Source: Bacilli bacterium (GTDB taxonomy: Bacteria; Bacillota_I; Bacilli_A; RF39; UBA660). From it: a DNA stretch of 64,000 nucleotides. Positions 49,081-59,604 of the stretch are shown here, piece by piece. The translations under genes and the position numbers were made by a program. The notes under the pieces are model-generated. The model did no database searches. It saw only the letters and a program-made list of their open reading frames with translations, and had not been told where the DNA came from. The stretch covers positions 2,269 to 66,268 of the forward strand of contig JAGHHZ010000017.1 of assembly GCA_017887425.1 (NCBI GenBank), written 5' to 3'. Position 1 is the first letter of the stretch, and each line of letters starts with the position of its first letter.

Positions 49081-51444
49081 TCATTCAGCCTTACTTAAAC
49101 TAATATCAAAATTACGATATGCAGTTAAAGTAAAGTGATTAATTTCATTAGGTTCGTCTTCACTTTGAAATGAAATTCCTTCGAATCCAAATGATTTTGT
49201 TTTAAAATAATAGTAAACATATGCAGGAAGACCTTTTAATCCCGACAATTTTCCGCCAGATATAGCACTTGCTGTATCATTAATAACATTAGCGGAAGAA
49301 TTAACATTTTGATTATTTCCATATATAACTAATGGCTCAATATATCCTAAATCGACACATTCCTGAATAGTATATTTATTATTATTAAAAATCAATTTAA
49401 TATTAGAAATATCATAATTATACATAAAATACAATCTAAACCAACTGTCATTTAAATTAATTTTATCTATATTTTCATTTAATTTATAATCATTCAAGCC
49501 ATTCAATAATTTTACTCCGCTTCCATTATTATACTTTATGACATTAATTTGATCATACCTATTGAAAGGCTTTAAACAATATACAAATTTATAATTATCC
49601 TTTTCTCCATATAAAACATGCTCTGTACTACACCAATTTCCTATATCTTCACTTGGATTATTTGTTGTATACAGCTTTAAATTGTCCATATTTTCATAAC
49701 TTGGAATGCCTGTTCCATAATCTTTAACAACTTCTTTAGGTATTAAAATTTCACTTATTGTTCTATTAAATGATTTATCAATATTTAAACTTTTATCATA
49801 CTTAATTAAAATAGCGTCACCATTTCCTTTAGAATATGGATCTATATAATCATTTATAGAACTCCCTTTAGAATAAGTATATCCTGAAACTATATACCCA
49901 CTTGAAGCTTTATCTATGCTATAAAATACATCTGTATTCCCACCATCAAATCTAGTCTCTCTTAATACATTCAAATTTTTATCTAAAACAGTAATACCAC
50001 TATCAACATATTGATTATCATTAATTAAATTTGACAAAACAATTATATTTCCATCATCTAAAATTATATCTCTAATATTATCAGAACTATTAGCGCCTAT
50101 AACTTTATGTGTAATATAGTTTAAATTTTTATCATATTTTACAATAATACCACCACTATTAGAATCATTAATTAGATCTATATCATTTTTTTGTGAATAA
50201 CCAACTACAAAATATTCATTATCTTTTTTTACAACATCATTAAAACTGTCATTTTGACTACTTCCAAAAGCAGACTTACGTATTAGATTACCATTTTCAT
50301 CATATGACACTATAATTGAATCATAAACCCAGTTCGTATTTCCTTTTGATATATCAGCGATATCGTAATCAATCGACTGAGTACTACCAACAACTATATA
50401 TTTATCGTTATCAAATATTATACTATTAAATTCATCTGGTTTAGTTCCACCAAAAAAATTACTCCAAATAACATTAAATTGTTCATCCAATTTCATTATT
50501 AAGCCTTCATTATATCCATAGATATCTTTATTCTTGCTACTAGAATATATTTCTCCGTTTTCTTTATAGTATACATACCATCCAACAGCAATATACCCAC
50601 CATCAATTTTCTTTATATCAAGAACACGTGAATAGTCATCAATAAATATTTTTTTTAACACAAGGTTACCATTTTCATCATACTTTAACAACGATAATCT
50701 ATACTCATTTTTTTCGTCAGTAGGTCTACTCATATCATAGTCAGTAGAATTAGACCAACAACTTACTATATAATATTTTTTACCATTTTCTTCTGCTTCA
50801 ATAATTGTATCCGCAAAATCTGTTAATGTCCCCCCAAATTTACGTTCCCAAATAATTTGACCATTTTTATCAAATTTTACAATAACAACATCAGTAGAAA
50901 TATCTTCTTGATTATAGTTAGACAGGCCATTTATTTCAGGAGAATCACTCGTACCCAATGCTACATAATTTCCATCAGATGTACTAATCACATGTTGAAA
51001 GCTATCATTATATAATCCACCATAATTAACATAATGGCTTTGATATGTTAAAGTTTCACATTTCTCATTATCTATAGCGAACGAACCATCACTACATAAT
51101 GTATATATATGAGTATTACTTTCCACTTTTAAATATGTCACACTACTTCCATTATATGACACATCTAATATATTAGCATTTCCTAAGTTGACCATTTGCG
51201 ATACTTCTTCAGTTGTTACCCCATCGGCACATATATCAACTTTGCCATTTAACTCTTGTTCCATCATTGATGATGCACAATAATTATTTATTCCGCTATA
51301 TATCATTTGGGCTTCTGATTTACCTGCTGATATACGAGCATCCTCAACCACATTTAATATGATTGGCGTAGCTATTAATGCTATAATCGCTAGAATAATA
51401 ATTACTGCTAGTAATTCAATTAATGTAAAGCCTTTTTTCAACAT
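49081..51444 (-). CDS. Modular type IV pilin-like protein with a seven-repeat propeller-like module and a C-terminal globular domain
   Basis: Canonical prepilin motif MLKKG/FTLIELLAVIIILAIIALIATPII. Seven units of about 50-60 aa follow, each of the form F..(V/I)I...DG.Y(I/V)(A/V)(V/S)G.(T/S).S.D...(I/V)VKYD.NGN.(I/V)W...FGG...D. Confidence 0.8.
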   Translation of the reverse strand: MLKKGFTLIELLAVIIILAIIALIATPIILNVVEDARISAGKSEAQMIYSGINNYCASSMMEQELNGKVDICADGVTTEEVSQMVNLGNANILDVSYNGSSVTYLKVESNTHIYTLCSDGSFAIDNEKCETLTYQSHYVNYGGLYNDSFQHVISTSDGNYVALGTSDSPEINGLSNYNQEDISTDVVIVKFDKNGQIIWERKFGGTLTDFADTIIEAEENGKKYYIVSCWSNSTDYDMSRPTDEKNEYRLSLLKYDENGNLVLKKIFIDDYSRVLDIKKIDGGYIAVGWYVYYKENGEIYSSSKNKDIYGYNEGLIMKLDEQFNVIWSNFFGGTKPDEFNSIIFDNDKYIVVGSTQSIDYDIADISKGNTNWVYDSIIVSYDENGNLIRKSAFGSSQNDSFNDVVKKDNEYFVVGYSQKNDIDLINDSNSGGIIVKYDKNLNYITHKVIGANSSDNIRDIILDDGNIIVLSNLINDNQYVDSGITVLDKNLNVLRETRFDGGNTDVFYSIDKASSGYIVSGYTYSKGSSINDYIDPYSKGNGDAILIKYDKSLNIDKSFNRTISEILIPKEVVKDYGTGIPSYENMDNLKLYTTNNPSEDIGNWCSTEHVLYGEKDNYKFVYCLKPFNRYDQINVIKYNNGSGVKLLNGLNDYKLNENIDKINLNDSWFRLYFMYNYDISNIKLIFNNNKYTIQECVDLGYIEPLVIYGNNQNVNSSANVINDTASAISGGKLSGLKGLPAYVYYYFKTKSFGFEGISFQSEDEPNEINHFTLTAYRNFDISLSKAE

Positions 51445-51563
51445 AACTTATCAACTCCTAATTTTATTGTGCTTAACTTAACTCTTAATATACCTATAAT
51501 TAATTTTAACTTATACCAAATCATTATACTTATTTTACATGACAATTTATTTAAAAAAATTCT

Positions 51564-52454
51564 TTAAAATCTTTTCAAAGAATTTTTTATATAATTATAG
51601 ACTTCATTAATAGTCTTATCAAAGTCATCAAAATCCACATTAAACCAAATTACATCCATTTGATTATTAAACCAAGTATATTGTCTTTTTGCGTACTTTC
51701 GGCTATTATGTTTAATTTCTTCTAAACAATCATTTAAATCTTTTCTTCCTTCAAAGTAAGGAAATAACTCTTTATAACCGATTGGTGTCATAACTGCTTT
51801 AGAACGAATATTAGAATCATATATTTCTTTTGCCTCGTCTAATAAACCATTATTAACCATTTCATCTACTCTTTTATTAATTCGTTCATATAATATATCA
51901 CGTCCAGTAGTTAAACCAATAAAAATTGTATCATATAACAATTTATCTGTTTTTTCTTTATCACTAAATTTTTTGTTATTATTCAAGCAATAATTTAAAG
52001 CTCTAATTAATCTTTTACGATTATTAACATGAATATCAATATTATCGTCAATTTGTTTTAATTTATTATATATTTCTTCATTACTTAATTCCTCAAATTG
52101 ATTATCACTATTTTCCCCTTCAAACTTATAATCATATAAAGCAGCTTTAATATATAAACCAGTGCCACCTACTAAAATTGGCGTTTTACCTCTTTTAATA
52201 ATATCATTAATTGTTTTACGGCAATCTTTTTGATAATCATAAACCGTATAATTTTCATCAATATCTTTAATATCAAACAAATGATGAGGAATATTTTCTT
52301 TTTCTTCTTCTGTTATTTTTGCTGTTGCAATATCTAAGTTTTTATATATTTGTGTACTGTCAACATTTATAACTTCTCCGTTTAATCTTTTAGCTAACTC
52401 CACACTCATCTTTGTTTTACCGACTGCTGTTGGACCTAATATAACTATAACCAT
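51564..52454 (-). CDS. miaA: tRNA dimethylallyltransferase
   Basis: The P-loop ILGPTAVGKT and VGGTGLY, plus KRQ.TWF near the C-terminus. Confidence 0.95.
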   Translation of the reverse strand: MVIVILGPTAVGKTKMSVELAKRLNGEVINVDSTQIYKNLDIATAKITEEEKENIPHHLFDIKDIDENYTVYDYQKDCRKTINDIIKRGKTPILVGGTGLYIKAALYDYKFEGENSDNQFEELSNEEIYNKLKQIDDNIDIHVNNRKRLIRALNYCLNNNKKFSDKEKTDKLLYDTIFIGLTTGRDILYERINKRVDEMVNNGLLDEAKEIYDSNIRSKAVMTPIGYKELFPYFEGRKDLNDCLEEIKHNSRKYAKRQYTWFNNQMDVIWFNVDFDDFDKTINEVYNYIKNSLKRF

Positions 52455-52540
52455 AAGTCACCTCTTAAAATATTATAAACAAAAGGGCTATAATAGTCAA
52501 TTATTACTTATTATGTCATATAATTAAGTGGTGATTTAAT

Positions 52541-53617
52541 TTGAAAATTTGTGTATATGCAATTTGTAAAAATGAAGAAAAATTTGTCGACCGGTTTTAT
52601 GAATCAGCTAAAGATGCCGATGGAATTTACGTACTTGATACCGGTTCTACCGATGATACAGTTAACAAACTAAAAAGTCATGGTATTGTTGTTGAACAAA
52701 AAATAATTAATCCTTGGCGTTTTGATGTTGCTAGGAATTTATCGTTAGATTTAGTTCCCAAAGATTATGATGTTTGTGTTTGTTTAGATTTAGATGAAGT
52801 TTTGGTTAAAGGTTGGAAAGAATTAATTATCAATAACTGGAAAGAAGATACCACAAGATTAAGATATAACTATATTTGGAGTTTTGATGAATATGGAAAT
52901 CCGGCTGTTAATTTTTTAAGTGATAAAATTCATAGTCGAAAAAATTATAAATGGGTTAATCCCGTTCATGAAATTTTAAAATATGATGGTAACGAAATGT
53001 TTTTAACTTGTGAAGAATTAACAATTAAACATTATCCCGATAATACTAAATCACGTTCTAGCTACTTACCTTTGCTAGAATTAGCTGTCCAAGAAGATCC
53101 AAATAACGATCGTAACACGCATTATTTAGGAAGAGAATACATGTATTATCAAAAATGGAACGAAGCTATTGACATGTTAATAAGACACTTGAATCTTCCT
53201 ACAGCCACTTGGAAAGATGAACGATGTGCATCAATGCGATTTATCGCTCGTTGCTATAAAAATTTAAATCGTTTTGAAGAAGCTAAAATGTGGTTAAATA
53301 AAGCAATTAATGAAGCACCTTACTTAAGAGATCCTTATGTCGAATCAGCTTTATTATATTATCAATTAAATGATTGGAACAATGTTATTAAATACTGTAA
53401 CGACGCTTTAAAAATTGAAAAACACGCTAAAAGTTATATCAATGAAACATTCAGTTGGGATTATACTATTTATGATTTATTATCCATCGCTTATTTTAAT
53501 TTAGAAAAATATGATCTATCTTTAGAAAATATTATAAAAGCAGTTGAAATGTCTCCTAATGATGAAAGACTGAAAAATAATAAAATATTGATTGAAAAAA
53601 CTTTGACAGATAAATAA
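52541..53617 (+). CDS. Glycosyltransferase family 2-like domain fused to TPR repeats
   Basis: TTG start behind GTGGTGA. The N-terminus reads VYAICKNEEKFVDRF...VLDTGSTDDT...CLDLDE. The C-terminal half has TPR-like repeats. Confidence 0.7.
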   Translation: MKICVYAICKNEEKFVDRFYESAKDADGIYVLDTGSTDDTVNKLKSHGIVVEQKIINPWRFDVARNLSLDLVPKDYDVCVCLDLDEVLVKGWKELIINNWKEDTTRLRYNYIWSFDEYGNPAVNFLSDKIHSRKNYKWVNPVHEILKYDGNEMFLTCEELTIKHYPDNTKSRSSYLPLLELAVQEDPNNDRNTHYLGREYMYYQKWNEAIDMLIRHLNLPTATWKDERCASMRFIARCYKNLNRFEEAKMWLNKAINEAPYLRDPYVESALLYYQLNDWNNVIKYCNDALKIEKHAKSYINETFSWDYTIYDLLSIAYFNLEKYDLSLENIIKAVEMSPNDERLKNNKILIEKTLTDK

Positions 53618-53660
53618 AAATGTGTTATGATGTATTTGTCAAGGAAACTTGCATATAATA

Positions 53661-53702
53661 AAAAAAGGGAACATTCAGTTTTGCAATGTTGAATGTCTAC
53701 CC
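53661..53702 (-). terminator. Hairpin plus U-tract terminator of the small hydrophobic ORF unit
   Basis: The minus strand reads GGGTAGACATTCA-N12-TGAATGTTCCC followed by T6. Confidence 0.6.
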
Positions 53703-53745
53703 AAAATTAATTAGATCGACATTTAATTCAATGTAGAATTAAGTG

Positions 53746-53838
53746 TCATTTTTTTATTACTACTATCATAATGATAAGGAGAAATAAAATGATAGCAATG
53801 TATCGAAGAACTTTGACTGCAAAGTTTCTTTTCTTCAT
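53746..53838 (-). CDS. Small hydrophobic peptide (30 aa, MKKRNFAVKVLRYIAIILFLLIIMIVVIKK), a type I toxin-like candidate
   Basis: Below the track cutoff. A GGAGG SD lies 10 nt upstream of the ATG. The peptide is a single predicted TM helix flanked by Lys residues, with its own promoter and terminator. Confidence 0.4.
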   Translation of the reverse strand: MKKRNFAVKVLRYIAIILFLLIIMIVVIKK

Positions 53839-53904
53839 TATTATCAAACCTCCTCTCTTTAAGAGATTTGGTAGACACTCAACAACTGATATTCCCTATT
53901 AGTA

Positions 53905-53933
53905 ATTATACTATAAATTAATTATTTTAACAA
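53905..53933 (-). promoter_or_regulatory. Sigma-A-type promoter of the small hydrophobic ORF unit
   Basis: The minus strand reads TTGTTA, 17 nt, TATAAT. It starts 5 nt after the queA stop codon. Confidence 0.5.
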
Positions 53934-53938
53934 TAAAT

Positions 53939-54973
53939 TTACAATTTTGTTGTATTATTTTTTTTAATAAACATACTATCACCAAAACTGAAAAAACGAT
54001 ATTTATTATCAATAGCCTCTTGATAAGCATTCATAATATACTCTTTAGTAGCAAAAGCACTAACTAACATAATCAAAGTTGACTTAGGTAAATGAAAATT
54101 AGTAATCAAACAATCTACAGCCTTAAATTGATAACTAGGATAAATGAAAATATCCGTCCATCCACTACACTCTTTAAATTTGCCATATAAATTCATAATA
54201 GTTTCTAAAGTTCTAACTGAAGTAGTTCCAACCGCAATAATCCTTTTAGTATGATTATTTAATATTTCGGCAGTTTCTTTACTCATCATGTAAAATTCAC
54301 TATGCATTTTATGTTTAGTCACATCAGTAACATTAACTGGTCGAAATGTTCCTAAACCGACATGTAAAGTAATTGGAGCAATTATAACTCCTTTTTCTTT
54401 TATTTTATTTAGTAATTCAGTAGTAAAATGCAATCCAGCAGTTGGGGCAGCTGCACTACCTTCATTTTTCGCATATATAGTTTGATAACGATTTTTATCT
54501 TTTAATTTTTCATGAATATAAGGAGGTAATGGCATTGTTCCTAATTCATCTAAAATTTCAAATAATATTCCATCATAGATAAATTCAAAAATTCTAATAC
54601 CTTCTTCTTTAACATCAATGCATTTAGCGCTTAATTTATCACTAAATTTAACAATAGTACCTATTTTTATTCTCTTAGCTGGTTTAGCTAAACATTCCCA
54701 ATTATTATTACCAACGTCTTTTAACATTAATATTTCAATAACTGCCTTAGTCTCCTCTTTTATACCAAACAATCTAGCAGGAATTACTTTAGTATCATTG
54801 ATAACTAAAACATCACCTTTTTCTAAATAATCAATAATATCAGTAAAATGTTTATGCTCTATTTCTCCTGTTTCTTTATCCAAAACCAATAATTTAGAAG
54901 CATCCCTTTTCTCTAAAGGGGTCTGTGCAATTAATTCATTAGGTAGTTCAAAATCAAAATCATCAGTTTTCAT
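53939..54973 (-). CDS. queA: S-adenosylmethionine:tRNA ribosyltransferase-isomerase
   Basis: [19 protein letters not shown]..., plus PLPPYI and GTTS.R.LE blocks. Start at 54973, behind GGAGTGA. Confidence 0.95.
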   Translation of the reverse strand: MKTDDFDFELPNELIAQTPLEKRDASKLLVLDKETGEIEHKHFTDIIDYLEKGDVLVINDTKVIPARLFGIKEETKAVIEILMLKDVGNNNWECLAKPAKRIKIGTIVKFSDKLSAKCIDVKEEGIRIFEFIYDGILFEILDELGTMPLPPYIHEKLKDKNRYQTIYAKNEGSAAAPTAGLHFTTELLNKIKEKGVIIAPITLHVGLGTFRPVNVTDVTKHKMHSEFYMMSKETAEILNNHTKRIIAVGTTSVRTLETIMNLYGKFKECSGWTDIFIYPSYQFKAVDCLITNFHLPKSTLIMLVSAFATKEYIMNAYQEAIDNKYRFFSFGDSMFIKKNNTTKL

Positions 54974-56561
54974 TATAATCACTCCACTCAACTACTCCAC
55001 AGAATGGATTATCAGAATTATAGGCAGATTGATTACCTAAAAATAAATCCATCAAGAAAGCTAACATAAATGGCACTAAAAACAATAATGCAGCTGCAAT
55101 CAATCTAATACCAAATCTTTTAAATGTCGTTTTCATTTCTTTATCAGCATCGCCACTAGCCACCGTTTTAATAAAATCTAAAGTACCTAGACCGATAGCT
55201 AAAATAGGACCGGCCACTTTAATAATATCTAGAAACCAAATCAATTTATCAATTAAATCATTGGTCAAAATATCACAGTCACTACTCAAATTTCTAATAA
55301 GTCCTAATCCAGCTGCTTCATTTAACATTTCATTAAAACTAATACACTCATCCATTCTTAAATCAAAATTTTGCTTATTTTGATTTTTGTCTGCATCGTC
55401 ATAAAACGCATTACAATAACTAATTACATCGCTTATTTTTTGTTCGGTTAAATATTCTAATTGAATATCTTCAATACCAGATAAACTACTACTTACACCA
55501 AACCAAGCAAAGTTAGTATTCGTACCATTGATTTTAATCGGTAATTTACCAATAATACTAATATTTTTATACTCAGCTAGTTCTCGCATATAAGGTTCTA
55601 AAGCTTGAACACGTTTTCTAAATTCTTCACCATTTATTACAACAATTTCTTCACCATCATATTCGCCAGTTGTAGCACCAGAAGTTGACTGCTGAATATA
55701 TCCTTTAGGGCAAATTAATTTTCCATCATAATCTTCCGTAATCATTGTATCCATATTACTAAATTCTGTTAAAGTGAAAGTAGTACTATTAATTTCATCA
55801 TAATAAGTTAATTTATCTTTAACACTTTGCCAATTGTAATTTGTATTGAATTCAGAATAGTCAGCTACATTGTCATCAGTTAACTCTATATCTGAATCGA
55901 TTTTATCAATTGCATAAACTAATCCATCTTCATTTTCCCAAAAATATAAAATTAAATTAGTATCATTACTAAACGTCTGATCTTCAATACGATAAAAAGT
56001 ACTACACCAATTTTCTTCCTCACCAACTGGTTTACTTGGATTATCTGAACCGGAATTATCTTTTGAATTATAAATATTAATAAATCCTTGATCATTAGAA
56101 GAGTAACCTGTCGAAAAATAATAAGTTGGTATCGCTTCTGTAGCATCACTTGGACGATAGTACAAAGTTGGATAAGGACAGTTTCCACCGCCTGAACTTT
56201 GCTTAATATTATCAGAATTAAATTTAAATGATAATCTTGTACATGTCGCGTTATCACCACATACAGTTACTTCATATACACCATCACTCTTAATATTATC
56301 ATAAATTGTAACTTCAACGTCATCTTTTAATCCAGTGAAGTTAACTCCATAATCAGAAGTGCCATTATACCAAAAATTGACACTAGGATTTTCATCTAGC
56401 TCAAGCATGTTTGCCATAGACGAATATAGCCAATTAGCATTATCATAAGTATCATTTATATACCAAGAACATTCAGAACCTTCTGGTGGTAATTCTACTT
56501 CGGCACAACCACTTACCAAAAAAACAAATAATACAAAAACAAAATATTTTATTTTTTTCAT
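54963..56561 (-). CDS. Hypothetical lipoprotein with a C-terminal two-TM hairpin (532 aa)
   Basis: Lipobox FLVSGC, a Cys-containing N/S/D/Y-rich ectodomain, and a C-terminal segment [56 protein letters not shown]. Translationally packed between ruvB and queA. Confidence 0.6.
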   Translation of the reverse strand: MKKIKYFVFVLFVFLVSGCAEVELPPEGSECSWYINDTYDNANWLYSSMANMLELDENPSVNFWYNGTSDYGVNFTGLKDDVEVTIYDNIKSDGVYEVTVCGDNATCTRLSFKFNSDNIKQSSGGGNCPYPTLYYRPSDATEAIPTYYFSTGYSSNDQGFINIYNSKDNSGSDNPSKPVGEEENWCSTFYRIEDQTFSNDTNLILYFWENEDGLVYAIDKIDSDIELTDDNVADYSEFNTNYNWQSVKDKLTYYDEINSTTFTLTEFSNMDTMITEDYDGKLICPKGYIQQSTSGATTGEYDGEEIVVINGEEFRKRVQALEPYMRELAEYKNISIIGKLPIKINGTNTNFAWFGVSSSLSGIEDIQLEYLTEQKISDVISYCNAFYDDADKNQNKQNFDLRMDECISFNEMLNEAAGLGLIRNLSSDCDILTNDLIDKLIWFLDIIKVAGPILAIGLGTLDFIKTVASGDADKEMKTTFKRFGIRLIAAALLFLVPFMLAFLMDLFLGNQSAYNSDNPFCGVVEWSDYNEN

Positions 56562-56563
56562 AA

Positions 56564-57577
56564 CTACTCTCCTATATCCAATTTATTCTGATGACTTATT
56601 TTTAAATGTTCATATGCTTTATCAGTGACAATTCGTCCACGACTAGTTCGTTTTAAAAAACCATTTTGTAATAAATAAGGTTCATAAACATCTTCAATAG
56701 TAGTTTGCTCCTCACCAATACTAGAGGCGATAGCATCAATTCCAACCGGACCACCATTAAATTTTTCAATAATTGCTTTTAATAAATTGTAATCAGTCTC
56801 ATCTAAGCCTAATTCATCAACTTTTAATTTTTCTAAAGCCATAGTCGTTATTTCTTTATCGATAACTCCATTACCCATAACTATAGCAAAATCTCTGACT
56901 CGTTTAAATAATCTATTAGTAATTCTTGGTGTTCCTCTGCTTCTTTTAGCAAGTTCAATTGCCGCATCATCTTCAATTGGGGTGTTTAAAACTCGACTTG
57001 TTCTTTTAGCTATCTGTGCTAATTCATCAACCGTATAATAGTTTAGTTTTGATATAATTCCAAATCTATCTCTTAAGGGACTAGTTAAATCACCTGTTCT
57101 TGTTGTTGCACCAACTAAAGTAAAAGGGGGTAAATCAATTTTAATACTTCGACTACTTGATTCACTACCGACAATTATATCCAAAGTAAAATCTTCCATC
57201 GCAGAGTATAAAACTTCTTCAATATATCTTGGAATTCGATGAATTTCATCGATAAATAATACATCACCGGGTTCTAAAGTCGATAAAATTGCGGCTAAAT
57301 CGCCAGTTTTTTCGATAGCTGGACCACTAGCAGTTTTAATATTAGTTCCTAACTCGTTAGCTATTATATAAGCTAAAGTAGTTTTACCTAATCCAGGTGG
57401 ACCATATAATAAGACATGATCAAGTGGTTCCTCTCTTAATTTAGCAGCCTTAATAAAAACAATTAAATTTTCTTTTATTTCACTTTGACCAATATATTCA
57501 TCGATACTATCAGGACGAATTGATTTTTCAAAAGTATCTTCTTGTAATTCTTTATTAGTAACTACTCTTTCATCCAT
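56564..57577 (-). CDS. ruvB: Holliday junction branch migration helicase RuvB
   Basis: [23 protein letters not shown], and the GATTR sensor block. Confidence 0.95.
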   Translation of the reverse strand: MDERVVTNKELQEDTFEKSIRPDSIDEYIGQSEIKENLIVFIKAAKLREEPLDHVLLYGPPGLGKTTLAYIIANELGTNIKTASGPAIEKTGDLAAILSTLEPGDVLFIDEIHRIPRYIEEVLYSAMEDFTLDIIVGSESSSRSIKIDLPPFTLVGATTRTGDLTSPLRDRFGIISKLNYYTVDELAQIAKRTSRVLNTPIEDDAAIELAKRSRGTPRITNRLFKRVRDFAIVMGNGVIDKEITTMALEKLKVDELGLDETDYNLLKAIIEKFNGGPVGIDAIASSIGEEQTTIEDVYEPYLLQNGFLKRTSRGRIVTDKAYEHLKISHQNKLDIGE

Positions 57578-57583
57578 TAAAAT

Positions 57584-58084
57584 CTACTCCTTTACATATT
57601 TTAAAACATCTAACCAACTATTAACATTATCTAATCCTTCATATTCACTATTAAATAATAAAACTTTTATTCCTCTATTTTTTACTTCCAAGCAATTGTT
57701 AATATAATCATCAATAAATAAATCAATATTTAACTTATCACACATAATCGCTTTTCCTTCTTCAAAACAATCAAAATAAATATCTTTAATTGGTAAATTA
57801 TTATTTTTAATAAACTCTTTAGTTAAAGGTTTAACATTTTTCGAGTAATAATCACTTCTAGCAGTTATGATATATAACTCATTATTTTTGCTTAATTCAT
57901 TTAACACTTCTTTAGCGTAAGGCTTTAATTCCAAATCTTTAGTAATATCATCAATGTGTTTAATATAAAACTTTGTTTTTTCTTCAATATCTTCAAATTC
58001 TTCTAAATTATATCTATTTAAATACTCTCTTACCTTTTTAGTTGTATCGACAATAGTGTCGTCAAAATCAATAGCTATTCTCAT
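57584..58084 (-). CDS. HAD-superfamily hydrolase (5'-nucleotidase-like)
   Basis: DxDxT motif (IDFDDTIVDT), ITAR and FIDD blocks. Inserted between ruvA and ruvB. Confidence 0.65.
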   Translation of the reverse strand: MRIAIDFDDTIVDTTKKVREYLNRYNLEEFEDIEEKTKFYIKHIDDITKDLELKPYAKEVLNELSKNNELYIITARSDYYSKNVKPLTKEFIKNNNLPIKDIYFDCFEEGKAIMCDKLNIDLFIDDYINNCLEVKNRGIKVLLFNSEYEGLDNVNSWLDVLKYVKE

Positions 58085-58632
58085 TTTAAAAATAACTTTA
58101 AAGCTTCTTTAATTTGTTCTTCTAAAGGTAAAGAGTTGTTCACTTGTTTTATAACTTTCAAAATATCATTAGTTTTATATCCTAATCCTTTTAACACTTC
58201 AATTAACTCATCATTGTTATTATTACTAACAACATTGCTTGTATTTAGTTTTCCCTTTAAATCTAAAATTATTTGACGAGCAACTTTATCGCCTATTTTA
58301 GGGAATTTTTTTAAATACAAAATGTTTTCTCTTTCGATAGCATCAACTATTCCATTAATTGAACCAGTTGCAATAATTGGTAAAGCCATTTTACAGCCTA
58401 ATCCTTTAACTTCAATCAGTTTTAAAAACAAATCTTTTTCTTCCTTTAATTTGAACCCATATAAAGTTAATTCATCTTCTTTGACACTTTGATAAATATA
58501 AACAGTATATTCTTCTTCTAAATTAAAAGAATAAGGATTCGGTGTATATATTAAATAACCTATTCCATTATTATCTAAAATAATGTAATTACTTTCAATT
58601 TCTTTAACTATTCCTCTAATGTATCCATACAT
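58081..58632 (-). CDS. ruvA: Holliday junction DNA helicase RuvA
   Basis: MYGYIRGIV... OB-fold N-terminus, HhH region (L.EVKGLG.K.A), and a C-terminal domain III. Confidence 0.9.
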   Translation of the reverse strand: MYGYIRGIVKEIESNYIILDNNGIGYLIYTPNPYSFNLEEEYTVYIYQSVKEDELTLYGFKLKEEKDLFLKLIEVKGLGCKMALPIIATGSINGIVDAIERENILYLKKFPKIGDKVARQIILDLKGKLNTSNVVSNNNNDELIEVLKGLGYKTNDILKVIKQVNNSLPLEEQIKEALKLFLK

Positions 58633-58693
58633 AATACCACCATATTTATTATATCAAACAAATTTTTGAATGTCTATTAAAAATAACAAACAT

Positions 58694-58721
58694 CAAAAAA
58701 ACTATTGAATTTTCAATAGTT
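58694..58721 (-). terminator. Rho-independent terminator
   Basis: The minus strand reads AACTATTGAA-TTCAATAGTT (inner pairs open as the loop) followed by T7. Overlaps the stop codon. Confidence 0.55.
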
Positions 58722-59025
58722 ACTTTTTCTTCCAAAAAGTTCTTATTAAATAAGATAATAAAATAATATAAATTATACATAAAGCCCATAATAGAACTGT
58801 TGTAAAAATACCGGATGAATACATCTCGATTATATGAGTTATACTATCAGGAAAATAACTATTTATAAAATTAGTTACAACTGGTACTGGAATATTATTA
58901 GCAATAAAGTCCAAAACTCTTAAAAAAATATCAACTATTCCAATATAATATACAACACTACTGAACTTTTTAAATATCATTACAGCTATGGCTATAATAA
59001 CTAAAATTATTACTACTACATCCAC
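58720..59025 (-). CDS. Small membrane protein (101 aa, three TM segments)
   Basis: Hydrophobic ORF packed 3 nt downstream of the preceding gene. Confidence 0.5.
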   Translation of the reverse strand: MDVVVIILVIIAIAVMIFKKFSSVVYYIGIVDIFLRVLDFIANNIPVPVVTNFINSYFPDSITHIIEMYSSGIFTTVLLWALCIIYIILLSYLIRTFWKKK

Positions 59026-59028
59026 TTG

Positions 59029-59604
59029 CTAATCCCTCAATTCTATATTAACTAAATAACCATAATAATTAGATAAATCAATAATTATTTTCGAATTATC
59101 TTCATAAGTAATTATTTCAATATTATTGTCATTTACTATTTCATTGTTATACATAATTCTTTCAAAATCACTTATTTTAAGTAAATATGTATTAGTCTTT
59201 TCAATATGATTGGTCGATTCTAACACACTTGCTTCTAACAACTTAGCCATATTGACCGGTTTAAATATTTCTAAATCATAATCAGCTAAATCAACAGGCT
59301 TTTCTTCAACTAAGTAAATTTCATTATTATATATAATTAAATTAGTTGACGAATCATAAGTAAAATTATCTTCACCTATTACTTCAACAAAATAATTAGT
59401 TATATCAGCTAAATTAAATTCTGTAGTTTCATTTTCTAATGATTCATCTAATTGCTCGTCCAATTGCTTTCGTGGACCTTTTTCCCCACTGCTAATAAGA
59501 GCAAAGACAAATATGAAAAATATTCCATATAAAACTAAAATTGCTAAAGCTCTCGTTCTTTTATTAGACCAAAGATTTTTAATAAATTCAATTGTTTCTT
59601 TCAT
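59029..59604 (-). CDS. Hypothetical membrane-anchored protein (191 aa)
   Basis: One N-terminal TM segment (LAILVLYGIFFIFVFALISS). Overlaps the fmt stop by 4 nt. Confidence 0.5.
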   Translation of the reverse strand: MKETIEFIKNLWSNKRTRALAILVLYGIFFIFVFALISSGEKGPRKQLDEQLDESLENETTEFNLADITNYFVEVIGEDNFTYDSSTNLIIYNNEIYLVEEKPVDLADYDLEIFKPVNMAKLLEASVLESTNHIEKTNTYLLKISDFERIMYNNEIVNDNNIEIITYEDNSKIIIDLSNYYGYLVNIELRD

